From contig DAOSWS010000016.1 of assembly GCA_035593605.1 (NCBI GenBank), forward strand, positions 18,672 through 82,671: a stretch of 64,000 bases of DNA, in the 5' to 3' direction. Shown one piece after another: positions 47,675 through 54,435 of this stretch (its first letter is position 1; each line of letters begins with the position of its first letter). Origin of the DNA: Thermoanaerobaculia bacterium (lineage in GTDB: Bacteria > Acidobacteriota > Thermoanaerobaculia > UBA2201 > DAOSWS01). Both the position numbers and the translations under genes were made by a program. The notes under the pieces are model-generated. The model was not told the origin of the DNA and made no database searches. It was given only the letters and a program-made list of their open reading frames with translations.

Positions 47675-50002
47675 ATGAAACGATTCGCACTCTTCTTCGC
47701 AATACTGGCCTCAACAGCTCTCTTTGCTGCCGAACCCGGAGTTTCCTACATCCAGTACCTTGAAAATGAAGGATTGATCGTTCCGGCTCGGAATGGCGAA
47801 ACCATTGCCGCACAGGTCAACCTTCCCGTATACCCCGGGGACACCCTGAACACCCGGGACAGCGGAAGAATGATCGTTGCTCTCAGTGACGGAAATCTGG
47901 CCTTTCTTGATCGACAGACCCGTCTGGACATGCGCGCACTCGCCTACACTGATGGATATCCGGATCGTCGGACCTATCTCTTCCTTCAGAACGGATCCAC
48001 GGCCTTTTACTCCCCCATGGAAGCCTATTCCGGGGAAGTGCCCGTTCTTGGATGTTCCTTCGCCGATCTCTATCTTGGCCAGGCCACACTGGCTCGTGTG
48101 GATACGGGGTCCCGGAGAGTAACCGTCAAGGTCTTCGATGGTGAAGTGGAGATTTCCACATCCCGGGGTTCCGCCACAGTGGGCCGAAATGAAATGGCCT
48201 ACATTTATGAAGACGGGTATATTGAACGTTTCGGACTGAGGTCCCGGAGCCTGGATGATTTCGATCGCTGGTTCCAGGCCACCATCCAGCGCCGGAACAA
48301 CTCCGAATCCCGTCGATATGCGGGGGATTCGCTGGGTTCCTACAGCTATGTTCTGGATGACCATGGTTCCTGGGTCTACGTTCCCGAATATTCAACCTAT
48401 GCCTGGCGTCCCGTTGTGACCGTCGAATGGCGGCCCTACACATCCGGATACTGGTATGACTATCCCGGGGGCTACTACTGGATGTCCTACGAACCCTGGG
48501 GGTATGTCACCTACCACTACGGCCGATGGGTATTTTCTCCATCGCACGGCTGGATCTGGTTCCCCGGTTACGTGTGGTCCGGTGCCTGGGTTTACTGGTC
48601 GGTTGGCCCCGGATGGATCGGGTGGTGCCCCATCGGATACTACGACTGGTGGTGGTGGGGGTATGACCCCTGGTACTGGAGACCCCCCCATTGCTGGGAT
48701 TGCTATCACCGTATCCATGGCTATACCTCCGTATGGGCCGGAGACCGTAACCCATGGATCGTCGTATCTTCCGGCGGATTCCTCGCCAGGGACCTTCCCC
48801 ACCGGATCTACTCACCTGAACAGGTGGCGAAAATTCGAAATGACAAGGCCATCGTCACGACGCGGCACCTGCCTTTGACGACCGATGAGCTTCGGGATCC
48901 TTCGGCGGCATATCGGCGTCTATCAACGAATGTTAAGGACCAGCGAGACGTCACCAGTCTCTTCTCAGCCAGGGAAAAGGTATCCCTGTCCTCGGAGGGC
49001 CGTGAGCTTCTGCAGTCCAGCCTGGTCCGTACCGGAGAGGGGAAGGACCCCTTTGATTCCTTCCGTCCTTCAAACACAGTCTCACGCACTGCTCTGACGG
49101 AGCGGACCAAGACTGCAGAACCTGTGCATCCCAGCCGATATGATCTCACCCGGTCCAAAAGCACCGCGGAGGGAGTCACGGGTAGTCGAGAGATTGGAGC
49201 CGACACCCGCCGTTCCGGCGATGCGACGGCCGAGGGCACGAGAAAGATCACAGGACTGGATCGATCCCCCGTGAACGAGCGTCCCTCTGTAGACACGAGC
49301 CGCGAGAGAGGCACCTCCTCCCCGACCGCCGTTTCGCCTTCCCCAAACCGTGACCGTACGCCGGTTGCCGGATCTGGCGGTTCCGGATCGTCCCGAACGG
49401 ACAAGCCTTCCTCTTCCACGACGACTCCTCCCTCCCGTGAACCCTCCTCCACACCATCCACCGGTTCCTCCTCAACCTCCCCTTCGTCCGGATCCTCCTC
49501 AACCTCCCCTTCCTCTGAAAAGCCTTCATCCAATGGAACCCAGGGCAGGGCCTCTTCGTCCCGCGATACGATCTCTCTTTATCAGAATTCCAGTTATCGC
49601 TCACCACTCGAATCCCATCCATCTTCTACAACCTATTCGTCCGGGGAACGTACATCCGTTTCTTCAGCGCGGGTTACCGATCGCACGCCCATTACTCCTT
49701 CGAATACAACCTACCGATCCGTGGATACCAGCCGGACCACGACGACACACAATTCCAGTCCGGTAACGTCCCATAGAGGTTATACTTCGACCTCTTCCCC
49801 GCAGTCTTCCCAATCCTCCTTCTCCCGAACCCTTTCCCGGGTCATCCGAACGATCACGGGAGGAGGTTCCAGCACATCCTCAGGTAAAAGTTCATCCACC
49901 CGCTCGAAATCTTCTTCTTCCAGCCGTTCCACCGGATCCTCATCAAAATCGAGTTCTTCGTCTTCTTCCGGACACTCGGTATCCCATAGTTCACGGCGTT
50001 GA
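47675..50002 (+). CDS. secreted FecR-like domain protein with a Trp/Tyr-rich domain and a long Ser/Thr/Pro-rich tail
   Basis: GAGGAGG RBS. Signal peptide MKRFALFFAILASTALFA. FecR-like GDTLNTRDSGRMIVALSDGNLAFLDRQTRL...VKVFDGEVEI. W/Y-rich block ...YAWRPVVTVEWRPYTSGYWYDYPGGYYWMSYEPWGYVTYHYGRWVF... The last ~340 aa are low-complexity S/T/P. Confidence 0.75.
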   Translation: MKRFALFFAILASTALFAAEPGVSYIQYLENEGLIVPARNGETIAAQVNLPVYPGDTLNTRDSGRMIVALSDGNLAFLDRQTRLDMRALAYTDGYPDRRTYLFLQNGSTAFYSPMEAYSGEVPVLGCSFADLYLGQATLARVDTGSRRVTVKVFDGEVEISTSRGSATVGRNEMAYIYEDGYIERFGLRSRSLDDFDRWFQATIQRRNNSESRRYAGDSLGSYSYVLDDHGSWVYVPEYSTYAWRPVVTVEWRPYTSGYWYDYPGGYYWMSYEPWGYVTYHYGRWVFSPSHGWIWFPGYVWSGAWVYWSVGPGWIGWCPIGYYDWWWWGYDPWYWRPPHCWDCYHRIHGYTSVWAGDRNPWIVVSSGGFLARDLPHRIYSPEQVAKIRNDKAIVTTRHLPLTTDELRDPSAAYRRLSTNVKDQRDVTSLFSAREKVSLSSEGRELLQSSLVRTGEGKDPFDSFRPSNTVSRTALTERTKTAEPVHPSRYDLTRSKSTAEGVTGSREIGADTRRSGDATAEGTRKITGLDRSPVNERPSVDTSRERGTSSPTAVSPSPNRDRTPVAGSGGSGSSRTDKPSSSTTTPPSREPSSTPSTGSSSTSPSSGSSSTSPSSEKPSSNGTQGRASSSRDTISLYQNSSYRSPLESHPSSTTYSSGERTSVSSARVTDRTPITPSNTTYRSVDTSRTTTTHNSSPVTSHRGYTSTSSPQSSQSSFSRTLSRVIRTITGGGSSTSSGKSSSTRSKSSSSSRSTGSSSKSSSSSSSGHSVSHSSRR
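49463..49516 (+). repeat. in-frame 27-nt tandem duplication (GSSSTSPSS x2) inside the S/T-rich tail
   Basis: ggttcctcctcaacctccccttcgtcc / ggatcctcctcaacctccccttcctct, 23 of 27 nt identical. Confidence 0.85.
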
Positions 50003-50023
50003 GCTGACTCCTGATTTGTTTTA

Positions 50024-50053
50024 AAGCCCCGGCTTACCATGCCGGGGCTTTTC
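50024..50053 (+). terminator. intrinsic terminator after the FecR-like gene
   Basis: AAGCCCCGGC-ttaccat-GCCGGGGCTT followed by TTCC (T-tract short). Confidence 0.7.
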
Positions 50054-50075
50054 CATGTCTTTAAGGATACGTATA

Positions 50076-50300
50076 ATGTTTCCGATGCCTTCTCCGACAC
50101 GCCCTCCCCGCTCGCAGTTCATCGACGTCTATCTTCTTCTGGCGGGCATCTATCTCATCATCCTCCCCTGGACAGCCCGATGGATCCTCCATCCCGCCAC
50201 CGTGATCGCTCCCGATCTCATGACGTCCTCCGCATTCAGAGGTTTCCTGACGGGGATCGGCATTCTCCATCTCTATGCTCTCGGGTTACGCCGTGGCTGA
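50076..50300 (+). CDS. possible 74-aa two-TM miniprotein
   Basis: Track ORF 50055..50300. ATG 50076 gives MFPMPSPTRPPRSQFIDVYLLLAGIYLIILPW...FRGFLTGIGILHLYALGL, which has two hydrophobic helices. Third-codon positions are C/G-rich like neighbouring genes. It overlaps the next gene by 26 nt. Confidence 0.4.
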   Translation: MFPMPSPTRPPRSQFIDVYLLLAGIYLIILPWTARWILHPATVIAPDLMTSSAFRGFLTGIGILHLYALGLRRG

Positions 50301-51360
50301 TCATCCTTCTTCACGACCCAAACGGCTTCTTTCGCCTCTGGCCTGGATTATTCTCATCTCCGTCGCCGGCATTCTTTCTCTACTTTATGGCTTCATCTCC
50401 ACCAACGTTCACTCTGTCGCGGAAGGGCAGGTTATTCGGAGTGCTCAGTTATCTTCAAAATCCCTCACCCGGTTGATCCAGAAATACGGCATCCATTCCG
50501 TCATTTCCCTGCGGGGGGAACACGAGGAAGACGAATGGTACCGAAAGGAGAAGGAACTCTGCGACACCCGCGGCCTGACCTATATCGCAATCGAAGCCAG
50601 CGCCTCCCGCCTGCCGTCGGACCGCACCATCCGCACCCTGCTTTCCATCTGGAATTCATCCCCACGTCCTATCCTGGTTCATTGCCATTCCGGAAAGGAC
50701 AGAACGGGCCTGGCGGCAGTGATCTTCGAAATCCTGAATGGAGAGCCGCTTCCAAAGGCTCTACGCCAGCTGTCCTGGCGAAAACTCCATTTCTGCAAAA
50801 AAGAGACATGTCCTCTCCACAACTTTTTCGCCCGCTACGAAACCTTCCTTCAAAAGAGCGGTCAACCCCATAGTGCGAAGCTGTTTCAGACCTGGTGCCT
50901 CGATGATTACTATCCGCCCCCCTATGCAAGGAAGATCGAGGTCATCACCTTTCCGGGACAGATCGAACCCGGGGCCTCCTGCAAAGGAGTCGTCCAGGTG
51001 ACGAATCTGTCCGATCAGGCCTGGATGATGCATTCCGAGACCCTGAAGGGAATTCGATTCGGGTTACGGGTTCTCGGCCCTCTGGAAACCCTTCCACCTG
51101 TTGCGGAAGAAGACCTGGAGCTTTACTTTCACAGGCACAGGGCGGAATCGAATGACGTCCTTCGCGTCGGCATGGAAGAAGATCGCTGGGAGCCTGGGGA
51201 GATGCGAGAGCTTACCTTCACCTTTCTTGCCCCGCCTCATCCGGGGACCTACCTCTATCAACTTGATATGGTGGATGAAATGGTTACGTGGTTCTATGTT
51301 CGAGCCACACCGGCAACGTATCGCTTTGTGGACGCTCGAGGGACAGACCCTGCCCTTTAA
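50275..51360 (+). CDS. membrane-anchored Cys-based (CX5R) protein phosphatase with a C-terminal Ig-like domain
   Basis: TM LLSPLAWIILISVAGILSLLYGFI. P-loop VHCHSGKDRTG. The C-terminal ~150 aa are beta-rich (VVQVTNLSDQAW...ELTFTFLAPPHPGTYLYQLDMV). Confidence 0.75.
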   Translation: MLSGYAVADHPSSRPKRLLSPLAWIILISVAGILSLLYGFISTNVHSVAEGQVIRSAQLSSKSLTRLIQKYGIHSVISLRGEHEEDEWYRKEKELCDTRGLTYIAIEASASRLPSDRTIRTLLSIWNSSPRPILVHCHSGKDRTGLAAVIFEILNGEPLPKALRQLSWRKLHFCKKETCPLHNFFARYETFLQKSGQPHSAKLFQTWCLDDYYPPPYARKIEVITFPGQIEPGASCKGVVQVTNLSDQAWMMHSETLKGIRFGLRVLGPLETLPPVAEEDLELYFHRHRAESNDVLRVGMEEDRWEPGEMRELTFTFLAPPHPGTYLYQLDMVDEMVTWFYVRATPATYRFVDARGTDPAL

Positions 51361-51381
51361 TGCTTCAGGGAAAGCCTTTCC

Positions 51382-52257
51382 TTACCCTCGCAAGGTAATA
51401 AAACTTCCCAGAATGCCGCAGAGAAATCCGGCAATCACAATCGCACCGATATAGGGAATGGGGAGAAAGGAGACGGCCAGAAAGTTCCAAAGGATGGAAA
51501 AATTGGCCTGAACCTGATGGAGGATGACATGGTAGGCCACAAAAAGCAGGAGGAGCGAAAACAGTCCACCTCCGATACCCAGAAGAATTCCCTGCATCAT
51601 AAAGGGACCCCTGATATAGGAGGGGGTCGCACCCACAAGCCATAAAATACGAATCTCATCTTCATGGACCAGCGTAGCCATACGCACAACGTTCGTTACG
51701 GTCACCACAGCCCCGACACCCAGCAGAAGACCGAAAAAGATTCCGACAAAACGCAGGAACATCACCATGGAATTGAGCTTTTTCAACCAGGTCACGTCGT
51801 ATTGAACATCGGAAACCGATTCATTCAGATTGAGCCGGCTGATAAGGCCCTGCACCTCAATTTCCGCACCGGGCTTCAGAAGAACGACAGTATAGGCCGA
51901 AAAGGGGTTCTCTCCCACCAGATCCACGACCTTTTCAAGGGAGGGAAAGGTGGATCGAAAGTTATCCAGGGCCTGGCTCTCGTCCACGAAGGTGTGGGAC
52001 AGAACTTCGGCTGAACCTTTGAGAAGCGTGTCCACCTTTTCAATATCCTCTTCACCGGCATCTGCGGTATAGTAAACGGTCAGCCGCTGCTGGTTCCGCC
52101 ACTGAGATTCCAGACCGCTCAGGTTCTCTGTAACCAGGAAGAAAAGACCCGCCACAAAGAGCGTAAGAGCAACAACACCAATGGCCAGAAGAGAAATCCG
52201 ACGATGGAAAAGTAAAATTTTCAGACCTTCCCGGATAAAGTACAGCACCTGCCTCAC
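51382..52257 (-). CDS. ftsX: cell-division ABC transporter permease-like protein FtsX
   Basis: N-terminal REGLKILLFHRRISLLAIGVVALTLFVAG, a large extracytoplasmic loop, then three C-terminal TM helices. The start overlaps the ftsE stop. Confidence 0.85.
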   Translation of the reverse strand: MRQVLYFIREGLKILLFHRRISLLAIGVVALTLFVAGLFFLVTENLSGLESQWRNQQRLTVYYTADAGEEDIEKVDTLLKGSAEVLSHTFVDESQALDNFRSTFPSLEKVVDLVGENPFSAYTVVLLKPGAEIEVQGLISRLNLNESVSDVQYDVTWLKKLNSMVMFLRFVGIFFGLLLGVGAVVTVTNVVRMATLVHEDEIRILWLVGATPSYIRGPFMMQGILLGIGGGLFSLLLLFVAYHVILHQVQANFSILWNFLAVSFLPIPYIGAIVIAGFLCGILGSFITLRG

Positions 52258-52931
52258 GAGGCAGCCTCCTCGCGGCTGTCAAAGGTAACCCTTCCATGTT
52301 CAAGGCGGACGGTACGTTTCCGCATCTGTTCCACCATGAGAAGATTGTGCGTAGCCACGATGACCGTGGTCCCTCTGAAATTTAGCTTCTCAAAGAGAGC
52401 GATGATGTCCCGGGCCATATCGGGATCCAGGTTTCCGGTGGGCTCGTCCGCAATCAGAAGAGAGGGGTGGTTAATGAGAGCTCTGGCGATGGACACTCTC
52501 TGCTGCTCTCCACCGGACAGCTGGTTGGGAAGTGCATTCATCCGGTGGTGAAGACCCACCAGCTTGAGGATCTGGTAGGCTTTTCGCCTTTGCTCGGAAT
52601 AGGGAACACCCAGAACATTCAGAATGAAGGCGATATTTTCGAACACGGTTTTCCGCTGGATAAGCTTAAAATCCTGGAAGACAACGCCAATGGTCCTTCG
52701 AAGGTAAGGTACTTTTGATTCCGGGAGAGCCGTCACGTTTCGGCCATTTACAAGGATCTGACCGGAAGAGGGGATATCGCCTCTGAAAATCAGACGAAGG
52801 AGGGTTGACTTGCCTGCCCCGGAAGGACCGGTAATAAAGACAAATTCCCCCTTGTCAATTTGGAGGTTGACATCGGTCAACGCCCGGATCCCCGGGGGGT
52901 AGTGTTTCGTCACATGGTACATCTGGATCAT
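52254..52931 (-). CDS. ftsE: cell-division ATP-binding protein FtsE
   Basis: MIQMYHVTKHY.., Walker A GPSGAGKST, signature LSGGEQQRV, Walker B LLIADEPTGNLD. Confidence 0.9.
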   Translation of the reverse strand: MIQMYHVTKHYPPGIRALTDVNLQIDKGEFVFITGPSGAGKSTLLRLIFRGDIPSSGQILVNGRNVTALPESKVPYLRRTIGVVFQDFKLIQRKTVFENIAFILNVLGVPYSEQRRKAYQILKLVGLHHRMNALPNQLSGGEQQRVSIARALINHPSLLIADEPTGNLDPDMARDIIALFEKLNFRGTTVIVATHNLLMVEQMRKRTVRLEHGRVTFDSREEAAS

Positions 52932-53721
52932 TCGCTTCGTCCTCCCAGGAGGCCAGAATTTCTCTGGCCCGGGTTCGTTTCCGTATATACACTACAATGA
53001 AAAAGACAGTGAGAGCAAGCCACAGGAATGAAGATGAGGTAATAAGGGGGAGGTAAACATAACTCCATCGGACTCTTCGCTTCATCGTGGAATCCAGGCC
53101 CGGAATATTCAATCCTGCAACATCCATAAGGATCGTATCGAAATTCTTTCCTCTCCTGACTTCGGACAAAAGGGTACGAATCCCTTCCATTCCGACCCTC
53201 CGGATCATCACATGAACAGCCAGGTACGATTTGGCGTACGCCTGGGTAACTGCACTTCCTTCGGATGGAAAGGTGTGATTCAGGGAGATCAGGGACGGCC
53301 CCCCCTCCACGGAAACGACCACCCGGGACCACAGGGCGGTCGATTCTCCGGCAAGGTACATGGCCAGGCCTTCCTGAAACCATCGGGGCAGATCGTTGTG
53401 ACCCGATGCATTCCAGATTATTGCATGGGCCAGTTCATGGGTGAAGACTTCCGGAACGTCTTCCATTTTGCGGATACGCAGGGTAATACGGCCCGGAGAA
53501 GCCCACCCGGCAGCCCAGTCCGGCAGATCCCCCTGATCGGGCGGAATCAGATAGACGGCATATCCCCGGGGGAGCGGGACTCCCAGACTCTGCTCCATTG
53601 ATTTCAAACGCTCCTCTCCTGCAGTACGGATCCAGGATTCAAAATCCTCGTACCCCTTTGGAGCATGTACAACAAAGGGGGAGGTTTGAAGAAAGATCAG
53701 GAGAGTTAGAAATTTCAGCAT
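52855..53721 (-). CDS. extracytoplasmic HExxH metallopeptidase (peptidase-MA-like) with a C-terminal TM anchor
   Basis: Signal peptide MLKFLTLLIFLQTSPFVVHA. FTHELAHAI ... WFQEGLAMYLAGE (gluzincin-like third ligand). TM YVYLPLITSSSFLWLALTVFFIVVYI. The 3' end overlaps ftsE by 77 nt. Confidence 0.7.
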   Translation of the reverse strand: MLKFLTLLIFLQTSPFVVHAPKGYEDFESWIRTAGEERLKSMEQSLGVPLPRGYAVYLIPPDQGDLPDWAAGWASPGRITLRIRKMEDVPEVFTHELAHAIIWNASGHNDLPRWFQEGLAMYLAGESTALWSRVVVSVEGGPSLISLNHTFPSEGSAVTQAYAKSYLAVHVMIRRVGMEGIRTLLSEVRRGKNFDTILMDVAGLNIPGLDSTMKRRVRWSYVYLPLITSSSFLWLALTVFFIVVYIRKRTRAREILASWEDEANDPDVPCDETLPPGDPGVDRCQPPN

Positions 53722-53806
53722 TCAATCCTCATGTCCAGTTTGATCTGCCCGCAATTTCAATACCGAACAGATATCCATCCTCCCATTCTATGATATAAAC
53801 GGAGAT

Positions 53807-54394
53807 ATGCCTATCTACGAGTCCAGAGAAGGAACAGCCCGGATTCGCATCTTTCTTCCGGAACAGGAATCGGAGATCTGTCCCTTTCTACCCAGGCAGA
53901 TCCATGGTGCCCGCGTACACCATGTGGTTGATTCAGAGGGCCCCATTCCGGAAGCCGATGCGGTCTGGACCGATCGCACGGACATCTGGATCGGCGTCAA
54001 GACTGCGGACTGTATTCCCCTTCTCTTCTGGAACAACCACGGTGTGGGTGCCGTCCATGCAGGATGGCGGGGACTCGTCGCCGGCGTGATCCCCTCTTTT
54101 CTGAGAGCGGTGGAAAACCGGGAAGGTCTTCGTGTCCTGATCGGCCCCTGTATCGGATCCTGCTGCTACGAAGTGGGAGATGACGTAGCCCACCATTTCC
54201 CATCTTTTATGAAGGGGCCGTTTCTGGACCTGAGAGCCTGCGCCGTGCAGCAGCTGATCGAATCGGGAATAGGCGCCGACGGGATCACCCATCTGCCCTG
54301 GTGCACCCAATGTTCGGTTCGTAAGCTTCCCAGTTATCGTCGCGAAGGCGAGAACGCATCCCGGATCATTTCGGCTATCGTCCAGTTGCCATAA
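53807..54394 (+). CDS. pgeF: YfiH/PgeF family (DUF152, laccase-domain) protein
   Basis: ADAVWT, TADCIPL, AVHAGWRGLVAG, IGPCIGSCCYEVG, CTQC...SYRREG. Confidence 0.85.
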   Translation: MPIYESREGTARIRIFLPEQESEICPFLPRQIHGARVHHVVDSEGPIPEADAVWTDRTDIWIGVKTADCIPLLFWNNHGVGAVHAGWRGLVAGVIPSFLRAVENREGLRVLIGPCIGSCCYEVGDDVAHHFPSFMKGPFLDLRACAVQQLIESGIGADGITHLPWCTQCSVRKLPSYRREGENASRIISAIVQLP

Positions 54395-54435
54395 TACGGA
54401 AAATTGCGTATTGTATAGATATCAATGGAGGGCTT

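Noticed and set aside
48808-49533. 241-aa minus-strand E/G/V/D-rich track ORF
   Set aside because: It is the complement of the Ser/Thr/Pro-rich coding tail. The open frame is a by-product of strand-biased low-complexity sequence.
50039-50476. 145-aa plus-strand track ORF spanning the terminator and the phosphatase 5' end
   Set aside because: It starts inside the terminator hairpin and is out of frame with the CX5R phosphatase. The 50076..50300 miniprotein frame plus 50275..51360 explain the region better.
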